Part shown: positions 33,399 through 43,652 of the stretch, in pieces | Numbering within the stretch: position 1 is the first letter of the stretch | Layout: every line of letters begins with the position of its first letter | NCBI GenBank assembly: GCA_964291215.2 | Contig: OZ219791.1 | Coordinates: 160,001-224,000, forward strand | Reading direction: 5' to 3' | Source: Alphaproteobacteria bacterium | GTDB lineage: Bacteria; Pseudomonadota; Alphaproteobacteria; MPNO01; UBA830 | DNA: 64,000 nt | Notes under the pieces: model-generated | What the model was told of the DNA's origin: nothing | The model's input: only the letters and a program-made list of their open reading frames with translations | The model's database searches: none | Program-made: the position numbers and the translations under genes

Positions 33399-34775
33399 TC
33401 AAATGTTGCCGCCCCGGGACTGTCCTTCGGCGGCGACACGCTTGCGCCGGCGCCGAAGGGCGGATGGCGGAATCCGCATCGCGTCGCGGTACTTGGCAAT
33501 CGTGCGCCGCGCGATCCTTATCCCGTCCTGCTGCAGAATGGCCGCTATCCGGCCGTCGGAAACGACGGCCGCCGGCGTCTCGGATTCGACGATGGCCTTG
33601 ATGCGACTCCTGACCGCCACTGCCGAACAGTCTCCTGCGTCGCAACGGAAGCCGCCCGCAAACAGGGACCTCATCGCAAACATGCCGCAAGCCGTCGCGA
33701 GATACTTGTTGGCCACGGCCCGCCCGACAGTGCTCTCGTGGACGCCCATGGCGTCGGCCACGGTCCGAAGCGTCAACGGCTTCAGATGCGACAGGCCATG
33801 CTCGAGGAATGGTTCCTGGCGCGAGACGATCTCTGCGGCAACCCCGAGCAGCGTCGCACGCCGCCGCTCGAGCGCGCGGATCAGCCAGTTCGCCGACCGC
33901 AGCTGGTTGCGGATGAAGTCCCGATCCCGGTCCGTGCGCAGGCGACCGCGCGACTGCGCGTAGAAACTGCGATTGACGGCGAGCGCCGGCAGGAGGTCGT
34001 CACTGAGTTGGATGCGCCACCTGCCGGCGGCGCGGTCGACCACCACGTCGGGGACGACCGCGGGAACGACATCATGCCCGAAAGCCGCCCCCGGTCTCGG
34101 ATCGAGACTTCGTATCTCCCGCATCCTCCAGAGAAGCTCCGCCTCGTCCACACCGCTGAGCCCGCTTAGCCGCGCCGTCTCGCGATCCGCTACCAAGTCG
34201 AGATTGTCGAGAAGAACGCGGTAGGCGCCGTCGAGACGCCCCTGACGGTCGAGCTGGATGGCTAGGCACTCCTCGAGCGTGCGTGCGAACACGCCGGCGG
34301 GATCGAGGCGCCGACACTTGTCGAGAACCGCGTCGAGCAATCCGGCGTCGCAACCGAGCGCCCGGGCCGCGGCGGACGGATTGGCCTCGAGCCGCCCGTT
34401 GCCGTCGAGCATGTCCACCAGCTCGCGCGCGATGGTCCGTTCCCGCGGGTCCCGGAAATCGGCGTTGATCTGGCTGATCAGGTGATCCCTCAGCGAAGGC
34501 CCCGGCTGGACGATGCTGTCGATGTCCGCGGAAACGCCGGCGACCCCGCCATAGCCGCCGCCCGCGCCGGCGCCCGGCCGCGGGAGGCCAACGGCGGGAC
34601 CCGCGCTGCCGGCGTTCGCCCGCTCGAGAAACGCGTTCTGTTCGAGTTCCTGCGCCACAAACGCGCGAAGCTCGGCATTGGCCATCTTCAGGAGCCGGAG
34701 AGATTGTTGCTGGAATTGCGGCATGACCGCCGGCGACGGGACCTGCAGCAATGCTCCACGCCGGGCGGATGTCAT
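33399..34775 (-). CDS. rpoN: RNA polymerase sigma-54 (divergent)
   Basis: DPAGVFARTLEECL, LKPLTLRTVA..HESTVGR, RpoN box ARRTIAKYR. Confidence 0.92.
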   Translation of the reverse strand: MTSARRGALLQVPSPAVMPQFQQQSLRLLKMANAELRAFVAQELEQNAFLERANAGSAGPAVGLPRPGAGAGGGYGGVAGVSADIDSIVQPGPSLRDHLISQINADFRDPRERTIARELVDMLDGNGRLEANPSAAARALGCDAGLLDAVLDKCRRLDPAGVFARTLEECLAIQLDRQGRLDGAYRVLLDNLDLVADRETARLSGLSGVDEAELLWRMREIRSLDPRPGAAFGHDVVPAVVPDVVVDRAAGRWRIQLSDDLLPALAVNRSFYAQSRGRLRTDRDRDFIRNQLRSANWLIRALERRRATLLGVAAEIVSRQEPFLEHGLSHLKPLTLRTVADAMGVHESTVGRAVANKYLATACGMFAMRSLFAGGFRCDAGDCSAVAVRSRIKAIVESETPAAVVSDGRIAAILQQDGIRIARRTIAKYRDAMRIPPSALRRRRKRVAAEGQSRGGNI

Positions 34776-34821
34776 GAGTCCTGCTTTCCGCAGACGCGCC
34801 GGCCGCGTCTTCGAACCAGGC

Positions 34822-35598
34822 CTAGAGCCGGAACTGTTCGCCGAGATACACCCGCCGGACATCGCGATGATCTATGATTTCCTCAGGCGTGCCGCGCATC
34901 AGGACATGCCCGGCATGGAGGATGTAGGCCCGGTCCACGATGGCCAGGGTATCGCGCACATTGTGGTCGGTAATCAGGATGCCGAGCCCCATGTCCCGCA
35001 GCACCGTCATCAGGTTGCGGATCCCGTCCACGGCGATCGGATCGATGCCGGCGAATGGCTCGTCGAACAGCATGTATTTGGGCCGCGAAGCCAGGGCGCG
35101 GGCGATCTCGACGCGCCGGCGCTCGCCGCCCGACAGCGCCAGCGCCGGCGTGCGGGCAAGATGAGTCAGCGAGAATTCGGCCATGAGCGCCTCAAGGCGG
35201 TCCTCCAGGTGGTCGGGATCGTCCCCCGCGATCTCGAGGATGGCGCGAATGTTGTTCTCGACCGTCAGGCCGCGAAAGACGGAGGCCTCCTGCGGCAGGT
35301 AGCCGATACCAAGCCGCGACCGCCGGTACATGGGAAGATCCGTCACGTCGAGCCCGTCGAGCACCACCGAACCGTAGTCCGGCGCTATCAGCCCGCTCGC
35401 GATATAGAAGCTTGTGGTCTTGCCGGCGCCGTTGGCGCCGAGGAGGCCGACGACTTCGCCCCGCTGCAGATCGATGCTGACGTCCTGAAGGATCTGGCGC
35501 TTGCTGAAGAACTTGCCGACGCTGTGCATCTGCAGGCCGGCATTGTCCGCAACGAGCCTGGGCCCGTCCGACGCCGGGACTTCGTGCCTCTCGGTCAC
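34822..35598 (-). CDS. lptB: LPS export ABC ATPase
   Basis: GANGAGKTT, YLPQEASVFRGL, LSGGERRRVEIAR, ITDHNVRDTL. Confidence 0.96.
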   Translation of the reverse strand: MTERHEVPASDGPRLVADNAGLQMHSVGKFFSKRQILQDVSIDLQRGEVVGLLGANGAGKTTSFYIASGLIAPDYGSVVLDGLDVTDLPMYRRSRLGIGYLPQEASVFRGLTVENNIRAILEIAGDDPDHLEDRLEALMAEFSLTHLARTPALALSGGERRRVEIARALASRPKYMLFDEPFAGIDPIAVDGIRNLMTVLRDMGLGILITDHNVRDTLAIVDRAYILHAGHVLMRGTPEEIIDHRDVRRVYLGEQFRL

Positions 35599-35609
35599 CG
35601 CGCGCTCCG

Positions 35610-36446
35610 TTAGCGTTTCGTGTTCGGGCTGGACTGCTGTTCGGGAACGATAAGCCCCCTGACCTTCCCGCTGCCGCCACTGAACAACTGGCTTACGCCG
35701 GTCAGGAGATTAACCGTCGCACGGTCGCCGTTCAACTGACTGGACCCGCGGGTGATCTTAACTGATCCCGCGAGCGTGACAACACCGCTGTCGATGTCGT
35801 AGGCGCCCGTACGCGAACGGACGATCTCGTCATTCGTCATGACGACGACATCCTGCGCCGCGCTGATATGCTTCACGCGCACCTTGCCGTCGGCATCCTC
35901 GGCGAGCCGCGCCCTCAGGACGCCCGCCCGAAGCGTGTTGTCCTGCCGTCTGGCCGTTGCCTTTCCGCGCGCGATCACCAGGTTGTCACGCTCGCGATAC
36001 TCAAGGCTGTCCCGGGCCGTGATCCGGTCGGTTTCCGTGACCAGCTGGATGTTGCCGGTCAGCACGAAGATGCCGGAGCCCACATCGTAGACGCCGTTAT
36101 CCCCCGAGGCTTCCTGGGTTGGCGTCGCGATCTTCACGTTGCCAAGCGCTTCCATCCGCCGGATTGACATGCCGCCGGCGGCGGCGGCGTCCTGGTAGTT
36201 CACGGTGAGCACATCGGCGTGAATCACCACATCTCCTTGGGCCGCCCGCACCTCGCCGCGGGCGGTGTAGGTCTTTGTCGTGCGGTTCCACTCCAGACCG
36301 TCCCTGGCGTCGATTTCGATCGGGAGATCACGCGTCTGTTGCGGCAACCCGATGCCCTGGCCATGGCCTGGCGCGGTCCAGAACAGGATCGCGACAAGCC
36401 CGGCTGCCACCCGGTACAGGCGATGGCGATGGAGCGTGCGCGTCAT
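35610..36446 (-). CDS. lptA: LptA/OstA family periplasmic protein
   Basis: Signal peptide, two OstA-like repeats, between lptC and lptB. Confidence 0.88.
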   Translation of the reverse strand: MTRTLHRHRLYRVAAGLVAILFWTAPGHGQGIGLPQQTRDLPIEIDARDGLEWNRTTKTYTARGEVRAAQGDVVIHADVLTVNYQDAAAAGGMSIRRMEALGNVKIATPTQEASGDNGVYDVGSGIFVLTGNIQLVTETDRITARDSLEYRERDNLVIARGKATARRQDNTLRAGVLRARLAEDADGKVRVKHISAAQDVVVMTNDEIVRSRTGAYDIDSGVVTLAGSVKITRGSSQLNGDRATVNLLTGVSQLFSGGSGKVRGLIVPEQQSSPNTKR

Positions 36447-37144
36447 CTCGAATCCGCCGGATGGCGGGCCCGGCGAAGGAGAACCAGTTCCACGGGCCCC
36501 GTGAACAGGATGGTCGCGCCGTTGTCGAGAATTCTGAAACCCCCGGCCGCGATCGATCCGATCGCGCCTTCTCCCTCAACCGCGGTGTCGCTGGCTGCGG
36601 TGCCCGCCGAGAAATCGATCACCGCGTCCCCGGCGCGGATCCCGTATCCGGAATCCGACTCCAGCTCCACGCCGCCGGACAGGTACAGCTTGGCCTCGGA
36701 GCGCCCGTACATCCCCGTCGGCGCCGAGAGGGTCGCCCGGTCGCCGCCGGCCAGCGACACGTCGGCCTCCGGCCGGTCAAGGCGGAATTTCGTGCTGCCG
36801 TCATCGGCCTGCGTGATGGTCCGCGCCATCACCAGGAAGCGCCGCCCGTGGCCGTCGATCCCGCTCAGGCGGGGACTGGTTGCCACTTGGCGGCCTGCCG
36901 CCACGCCCGGACCCGCGTCTGGCAGACCCGGAGATATCGAGCCGAACCGGGCCTGCATTTCGGGCCAGATGCCCACCAGAAGGGTGAGGAGGACCGCGGC
37001 GAGGATCAGGATCCGCTTCACGAGCGAGAGCGTAGCGGCGCGCCTGTGCCTGTAGCGCGGCAGACGCGATTGTGCGCGATCCGAAGGTTGCTGCGCTGCA
37101 GACAACGCCGTCCCGGATCCGACGTATGCGGAAATCGTTGCCAT
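36443..37144 (-). CDS. lptC: LptC-like protein
   Basis: Single TM then beta-rich domain; operon position. Confidence 0.8.
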   Translation of the reverse strand: MATISAYVGSGTALSAAQQPSDRAQSRLPRYRHRRAATLSLVKRILILAAVLLTLLVGIWPEMQARFGSISPGLPDAGPGVAAGRQVATSPRLSGIDGHGRRFLVMARTITQADDGSTKFRLDRPEADVSLAGGDRATLSAPTGMYGRSEAKLYLSGGVELESDSGYGIRAGDAVIDFSAGTAASDTAVEGEGAIGSIAAGGFRILDNGATILFTGPVELVLLRRARHPADSR

Positions 37145-37147
37145 GGT

Positions 37148-38146
37148 TCAGGCTGCCGTCATGCTGAGCACGTCGTGAATGTGAATGATTCCGATCGGTT
37201 TGCCGTCCCTTACCACGAAGACGTTGGTAATCTTGTTGTCGTTCATCATCGCGAAGGCTTGGGCCGCAAGAATGTCGGCGCCCACGGTCTTCGGCCTCGT
37301 CGTCATGACATCGTCCGCCGACATGCGCAAAAGGTCGTTTTCGATGTGGCGCCTGAGATCGCCATCGGTGATCATCCCGTCGAGCGTGCCCCCGGGGCCC
37401 AGGACCCCGACACATCCGAACCTCTTGCTGGTCATCTCCAGTACGGTCTCGGTCATCAGCGTGTCCAGACCGACGAGCGGCATTTCGTGTCCAGCATGCA
37501 TGACGTCGGATGCCTTGAGCAGGCGCCGGCCAAGCTGGCCGCCCGGGTGCAGCATCCGGAAATCTTCGGGAGAGAAACCGCGCCGTTCGAACAGGGCTAC
37601 GGCGATCGCGTCGCCGAGTACCATCATGACGGTCGTCGATGTGGTCGGCGCCAGATCAAGGGGACATGCTTCGGGACTGTTCGGAATCACCAGCGAGATG
37701 TCGGCGGCGCGCGCAAGCGCGCTGTCGGGCCGGGCGGTAACGGAAACCAGGCGGATCTGCTGGAGCTTGACGTAGTGCAGGAGATCCGAAAGCTCGGAGG
37801 TCTCGCCGGAATTGGAGAGCGCAATAACGGCGTCCTCCTTGGTGATCATGCCAAGGTCGCCGTGGCTGGCCTCCGCCGGATGCACGTATTGTGCGGGCGC
37901 GCCGGTTGACGCGAGCGTCGCCGCCATCTTGCGCGCGACATGACCGCTCTTGCCCATGCCGGTGACAATGATCCGTCCGTTCACGCGTTCGAGCAGGTCC
38001 ACGGTCCGGACAAAGCACTCGTCGAGCCGCCCAGACAGTGCGCTCAGGCCTGCGATCTCGGTTTCCAGCACACGACGCGCCGACGCCAGCGCCGAGGCAT
38101 CCTCGCCAGCTTGGCAGTCGCGCAACTGGCCTGCTGAATTCGCCAT
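37148..38146 (-). CDS. kdsD: Arabinose-5-phosphate isomerase (KpsF/GutQ)
   Basis: TGMGKSGHVARK, HPAEASHGDLG, APTTST, HPGGQLG, CBS pair. Confidence 0.95.
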   Translation of the reverse strand: MANSAGQLRDCQAGEDASALASARRVLETEIAGLSALSGRLDECFVRTVDLLERVNGRIIVTGMGKSGHVARKMAATLASTGAPAQYVHPAEASHGDLGMITKEDAVIALSNSGETSELSDLLHYVKLQQIRLVSVTARPDSALARAADISLVIPNSPEACPLDLAPTTSTTVMMVLGDAIAVALFERRGFSPEDFRMLHPGGQLGRRLLKASDVMHAGHEMPLVGLDTLMTETVLEMTSKRFGCVGVLGPGGTLDGMITDGDLRRHIENDLLRMSADDVMTTRPKTVGADILAAQAFAMMNDNKITNVFVVRDGKPIGIIHIHDVLSMTAA

Positions 38147-38215
38147 TTCCGACTCCGAATTCCGCAACCCTACAGGCTTTTCCGGGTGCAGGCCAGCCTG
38201 TCGGCACCGCACCGG

Positions 38216-38827
38216 CTAGTGCGCGAAGAGGTCGACGTCACGCCAGCCGGCGAGGTCGAGTTCGACCCGGTGGGGAAGAAAGTCGAAACAGGCGGCCGCA
38301 AGTTCGGCGCGTCCCTCCCGGACCAGAATTTCGTCGAGCCGAGCCTTCAGCGCATGGAGATGAAGCACGTCCGATGCCGCATATTCGAGCTGCTGCGGGG
38401 TTAGTTCCGGCGCGCCCCAGTCCGAAGATTGCTGTTCCTTGGACAGGTCGACACCGAGCAAATCCCTGCACAGGTCCTTGAGGCCGTGGCGGTCGCTGAA
38501 GGTTCTCGCCAACCTCGAGGCGATCTTGGTGCAATAGACAGGCCGGCACGTCACGCCGAAGGTCTTCCGGAGCACGGCGATGTCGAACCGGCCGAAATGG
38601 AAGAGCTTCTCCACCGAGGCGTCTTCCAGAAGCCTGACGAGATTGGGCGCTTCCCGCGTTCCCGGGCCGATCTTCACGACATGCGCATCGCCGTCGCCGG
38701 CCGACAGCTGCACAAGGCAGAGCCTGTCGCGGCGAAGGTCGAGGCCCATCGTTTCCGTGTCGATTGCGACGGTGCCCCCGAACTCGAGGCCGGAAGGCAA
38801 ATCGCCGAGATGAAGCGTGGCGGTCAA
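38216..38827 (-). CDS. rnd: Ribonuclease D-like 3'-5' exonuclease
   Basis: AIDTETMGL, HFGRFD, SKEQQSSDWG, YAASDV. Confidence 0.92.
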   Translation of the reverse strand: MTATLHLGDLPSGLEFGGTVAIDTETMGLDLRRDRLCLVQLSAGDGDAHVVKIGPGTREAPNLVRLLEDASVEKLFHFGRFDIAVLRKTFGVTCRPVYCTKIASRLARTFSDRHGLKDLCRDLLGVDLSKEQQSSDWGAPELTPQQLEYAASDVLHLHALKARLDEILVREGRAELAAACFDFLPHRVELDLAGWRDVDLFAH

Positions 38828-38883
38828 GACATGTCACCCCGATCGCTCCACGGCTAGGCCCCGCCACGCGGCAGCGCCGAGAA

Positions 38884-38970
38884 TGGTGCCCAGGAGAAGA
38901 CTCGAACTTCCACGGCCTTGCGGCCACAGGTACCTGAAACCTGCGCGTCTACCAATTCCGCCACCTGGGC
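38884..38970 (-). tRNA. tRNA-Leu(CAG)
   Basis: GCCCAGGTGGCGGAATTGGTAGACGC, anticodon loop TTCAGGT, long variable arm, ends CACCA. Confidence 0.96.
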
Positions 38971-39036
38971 ATCCGTCCGAGCGACAGGGATATGCGCCAG
39001 CCTCGCGGCGATGTCAACCGCCGCGGCGTCCGGGGC

Positions 39037-39224
39037 CACGACAATCCCACGCTGCTAATCCGGTGACGACTGGCGAGATTTTCTCAGTTTGCGTCGCGTT
39101 GCAATCGTGCCGCCAAGGCTCGATGGAACCTTCTTGGCACGAAAATTGCGATCAAGGAGGAGATCTGTGATGAGCCCCAACGCATTCGGATTTCGCGTCT
39201 CTGAATTAGCATGGGATCGTCGTG
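39037..39224 (+). mobile_element. ~190-bp MITE-like ISAs1 derivative, copy 2
   Basis: IRs CACGACAATCCCACGC / GCATGGGATCGTCGTG; homologous to 8609-8803. Confidence 0.7.
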
Positions 39225-39315
39225 CTGCTCACCTCCTAGTTCCGGCTTGATGTCGGGGTAGAGCAACGAACGGGTTTTCGTGGAGATCTGACACTGCAGA
39301 TCTATTCGGTTAGTG
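39225..39315 (+). mobile_element. IS66 left-end fragment
   Basis: Homologous to 10382-10470, lacking the terminal GTAA. Confidence 0.75.
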
Positions 39316-39560
39316 TGAACTTCCTGGGCTGCCTCCGCCAAATCCTGATCCTGGCTGAATGTCACGGCCACATCGAGAGCGCCGTTACGCGCGATTTGCA
39401 CCGTGTCGAGACCAATCCGAAGGTCTGTTTCCTTCTCGCGCTGTGCCGGCACACCATGCGTCGTACCGTCCGGAAGCGGGACCCGCTCGGAGCGCGGTTT
39501 CCGGGAGGTCACGAGAATCCCGACGCGGCTCATTGCGGTCAGGTACCGCGCCCGGCACGC
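39316..39560 (-). pseudogene. NYN (LabA/DUF88) domain nuclease fragment
   Basis: REKETDLRIGLD...DVAVTFSQDQDLAE matches NYN EKG.D / S.D.D motifs. Confidence 0.7.
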
Positions 39561-39956
39561 CGGATCTTTCCTGACGTCGGGGCATCTCCTAACCCCTCCG
39601 CAGAGGCGGGTTTGGCGTTGTGCATCTTGATCATGTCGGCGGCGAGTGCGATCCGGATGGCGACGAGCGGGCTGTAGCCGAGTGCGGCCATGGAGGCGAG
39701 ATAGCTTGAGCTTTGGTACCGGGCCTCGGCGTGAAACCAGGTTCGGAAGCGTCCGGACACCTTGATCCTGACCTTTGCCATCCGGATTTTCTGCTCGCCG
39801 GTGTCGTTTGTGAGGCTGATGTTCGAGTCGCTCATGAAGCGCAGGATGGACTCTTCGTGCCTTGCGAGACGCTCCTGGAGGTTGTGCGCGTCGGATTTCG
39901 CGATCGGTTCGCGTTTTCCTTTCTGTCGGAGCGGGATTTCAGGCAGTTCCTTCGCC

Positions 39957-40468
39957 GGGTGAGAGTTTCGTATGGCACAGTTGCAGGCTCAGTACCATTT
40001 GTTCATCTCACAGTGCCGGGGTGTGATTTGGGCTGATGTTGTCGTTGGCTGGTGCGTCGTCTGCACCGATCATGGCCGTCCACGCGCTCTCGAAGCGGCC
40101 GGATTCGAGCAGGGCGCGGAAGATGATTGTCCGCCGACGATGCGCCAGCGCATCCCGGAGCGTTTCATGCGCTGTGTGACGAGGGTCTTGTTTGCCGCCT
40201 CGACAATTCCCGAGCCGGTTGCTTCAGCGCGTGGTAGCGCATGCGATGGCGATGCTTGCGGAAGAAGGACAGTTCCCTGTCGATGTTGGCGCCGCGGTGT
40301 CGCGAAGGTGGCGCAGCGCCCGGATCACCCTGTCGATGCCGCGGGGGTCGTGACAAAATCCTGTCCCGAAACGGGCGATTGTCACGAAAACCCGTTTTCG
40401 CCGCTACCTCGCAACCGTACAACCGTGTTAAATCAATGACTTGGATTCGTCATACGAGAACTGCACCC
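39957..40468 (-). mobile_element. Internally deleted ISKra4 (512 bp) nested in IS66
   Basis: IRs GGGTGAGAGTTTCGTATG / CATACGAGAACTGCACCC; 8-bp TSD CCTTCGCC; homologous to 29955-30361. Confidence 0.88.
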
Positions 40469-41451
40469 CCTTCGCCCCCCGGATCAGGATGGTCCGGTAT
40501 CGCTTGATGACGCTGCGGCGGTCGGCCTCGTTCGTTCAGGATCCTGGATACGCTCTTGTCAACCCTGTGGCAGGCAGCAGTTTCTTCATCACGCGTGCCA
40601 GCGGTAGCCGTTGGAGTCGATGATGAAGGTCAGTTCCCCGAGCAGGTGGGACCTGCGCAGCTGGTGGGTGCATTGATCACAGGCCGGGTATGCGGCCAGC
40701 AGTCGTGGACCAGCGTGCCGGTGTAGCTGATGCCGATCTCCTCGATCGCCTGCCTGCCGCGCCTGCGATGCAGGAACTTGCACGTCCCGTCGGTGAAGAC
40801 ATGGAGCGATCGGATCCTGCCGTCGACCCGGAAGCCGGTTTCGTCGACATGCAGCGCCGTGCGTTCCGGCAGCTCGGCGATGGCGGCATGGAGTGCAGCG
40901 CGTCATGCAGGCGCCTGACGTAGCCGAGGCAGGTGGCCTCGGAGAGCCCGGAGATCGCCTGCACCAGAGCGACGGCCCGGCGCAGGGACAGCATTTGGGC
41001 GACCGGCAGGTTGATGACGAAGGCCTGCAGATCGACGCCGTACTGCAGCGGTCCGGGCATGGTCTCGGGAAACCGCCCCCGGCTCCGGCATTCCTTGACC
41101 TCGGCGCGGCGCTCGATGATCTCGAAGACGATGTCGTGCGACGCTCCCGGTCGACAGCCTCGACGCCGTCGGCGCCGCAGGCCTCGACGGCGACCGTCTC
41201 CTCGACGACGGTCTTCCGGAGGTTGTCGCCTGTCTGCAGGTTCGGCTTCGGGCCCTTGCCGCTGGCGCCGCTCGTCCTTGTCCGTCTGCGACGGCGCAAG
41301 GCCGGAGTTGGCGCGGGCCGTCTTCTCCAGCAGGACGGCAATCAGGATGCTCACCAAGGTGGACAGCACGCGGATTACGTCATCGGTCTCTCCGGATATC
41401 TTGCCGGCCGCGCCGCGGTCCTGGCCGCCTCGAACTCCTCGCCCGTCGCCA

Positions 41452-42048
41452 TCATCCGGCCTCGCCGCGAGCATCGCCTGGCGCTCGCCCGGCAGCATCT
41501 TCCGGTACCCCGCCTTGCGCTTGATGCGCTGACGGTCCGTGCGGTTCCGCCCGACATCGCCGGCCGAGTGCATCCGCCCGGGCTCGAAGTCGAGCCACCT
41601 CGGTGCGGACCCGGGGCGTCACCTGCACGGCGATGCGGCGCCAGTCCCGCAGCAGGTCGTCGTACAACGCCGAGGGGTGGCCCGAGACCATCGCCTGACA
41701 CGGCAGCCCCAGTTCAAGGAGTTCGACATGGTCGGCTTCGGTGCAGTCGTGGCGGTACCGCCGGTCCGACCGGCGGGTCGCCTGCAGGGGTCGCTGCAGA
41801 CCAGTTCCGTGCCCCGGAACGCAAGGCCGGCGGGAACGCGTGGGCGCAGCCGTGGATCAGTTCCACCGCATAGTCGCACCCGAACCCGTCCAGCGCTCCC
41901 GATCGATCCCGATAGAGCACGGCGCCTTGCGCTTCATCAGCGCGCCGCCGCCTCCCGGATGCGTTTCCACAAACAGATCATGCGGGGGCTGGAGCCCCGA
42001 AAGCAGCTGGCACAGCCCGCTCGTCGCCTTCGATCCAAAGTGGCCCAC
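41452..42048 (-). pseudogene. Dam/D12-like N6-adenine DNA methyltransferase inside IS66
   Basis: GHFGSKATSGLCQ..PPHDLFVETH.GGG, IGIDR, ELVCSDP (eroded DPPY), DHVELL, MVSGHPSALYD, VRTEV. Confidence 0.78.
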
Positions 42049-42172
42049 TGGTGGTCCCCGTCGTTCTCGATGCCCACCACTGAACGAATCGGGCTGCAAT
42101 GTCAAATCTCCACGAAAACCCGTTCGTTGCTCTACCCCGACATCAAGCCGGAACCAGGGGGTGAGCAGTTAC

Positions 42173-42630
42173 GAAGGAGGCGAGGTTCGGGAATGTCCCC
42201 GGCGCCGCAAGCACCAGCAGTCGCGTGTTGTTCGCGATCAGATCAAGCCACTGCTGCTCCGGCTTCCAGCCAATCCACCGGTCGTGCGGACGACACTTGA
42301 AGGCCGCGTTCTGCCACGTCGCCAGACCCGGCCACTACCCCCTGAAGGACGCAATATGGCGCAGCCCCGCCAGACGGCGAAACCCGAGATAGTCGTCCAT
42401 CAACGCAGCGGACGCTCCTCAGGCTTCGCGAACCTCGGACAGACCCTTCCGGAGCTGCGACGTGAATCGGACAGGACGCGATGTGCTTGCGAACCGACAT
42501 CCCCGCACCATGACAACTCCAGTGCAGGAAAGCCAGCGAAAACTGCAAAAAAATCTCCTCACACCAACCCGCGCCCCCCTAAACCCAGGTGCTGCCTTGA
42601 AAAACAAACAGAATTTAGCGTAGGACCTTC
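42173..42630 (-). mobile_element. 5' fragment of ISAs1-DUF4338 element
   Basis: Homologous to 27608-28030. Confidence 0.8.
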
Positions 42631-42705
42631 CCGAGTCCGGGGACGGGCGATTTGCGTACCGGACGGCGCGGTGATAAGCGACAGGGCAGCGACGGCAACG
42701 AGGAC

Positions 42706-43623
42706 ATGATCATGATTGCCAGCACCGATCCCCGATCCCTGCGGTACTGCTTCCCGCCGAACCCCAATCCGCGAAAGCCGTCCTATGCCCTGCCGCCGGG
42801 TGCAGTCGACACCCATTTCCATATCTTCGGACCTCCGGAAATATTCCCCTGGGCGCCGGCCGAACAGAGGGTCTACACGCCGCCGGCCGCGCCTTCCGGG
42901 CACTACCGGAAGCTCGCGGAGCATCTGGGGCTGACGCGCGGGGTCGTCGTGCAGCCGATGGCGCACGGCATGGACAACTCGGCAACCCTCGACGCCATCG
43001 CCCGGTCGGAAGGGCGCTTCATGGGGGTCGCCAAGGCCAACGACCACACCAGCGAGCGCGATTTCGAGGCCCTCCATGCCGGCGGCATCCGCGGCGTCCG
43101 CTTCAACCTGCATGTCGACGCGGGCGGATCGACGGACAGAAAGGTGATGGAGACGGTGATCGACCGCGTGCGACCTCTCGGCTGGTCTATCACCTTCCAC
43201 ACGCGCGCCCGGGACCTCGTCGGCGAGACCGACTGGTTCGCGCGTATTCCGCTGCCGGTGATCATCGACCATTTCGGCCGCGTGCCGTTCGGCGACGGAA
43301 TCGACCAGCCCGCGTTCCGGAACCTGCTAGCGCTCGTACGCAACCACGAACATATCTACATCAAGATTTCGTGCATCGAGAGATGCTCGGCGCAGGGCTC
43401 GCCCTACGACGATTCGATCCCGTTCGCCCACGCCCTGCTGGAAGCCGCCCCGGACCGCCTGCTCTGGGGGACCGACTGGCCGCACTCGCAGCGCTTCGAA
43501 ATCGGCCAGCAATGCGATACCGGCGAGCTTGTCGACATGATTCCCGCGCTGATCCCCGACCAGTCGCTGCGCCACGCGATCCTGGTGGAGAATCCGCTCA
43601 AGCTGTTCCCGTTCGACGCCTAG
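42706..43623 (+). CDS. Amidohydrolase_2 family (LigI / 2-pyrone-4,6-dicarboxylate lactonase-like)
   Basis: DTHFHIFGP, GIRGVRFN, IDHFGR, WGTDWPH, LVENP. Confidence 0.88.
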   Translation: MIMIASTDPRSLRYCFPPNPNPRKPSYALPPGAVDTHFHIFGPPEIFPWAPAEQRVYTPPAAPSGHYRKLAEHLGLTRGVVVQPMAHGMDNSATLDAIARSEGRFMGVAKANDHTSERDFEALHAGGIRGVRFNLHVDAGGSTDRKVMETVIDRVRPLGWSITFHTRARDLVGETDWFARIPLPVIIDHFGRVPFGDGIDQPAFRNLLALVRNHEHIYIKISCIERCSAQGSPYDDSIPFAHALLEAAPDRLLWGTDWPHSQRFEIGQQCDTGELVDMIPALIPDQSLRHAILVENPLKLFPFDA

Positions 43624-43652
43624 AATACGCAGCGCCGGGAGCACCCGGCGGG

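Larger units (their letters stand above)
39582..42172 (-). mobile_element. IS66 methyltransferase-carrying type, copy B (pseudo)
   Basis: Left IR GTAACTGCTCACCCC at 42172, degenerate right IR at 39582; homologous to 10378-13615; no TSD visible. Confidence 0.88.
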
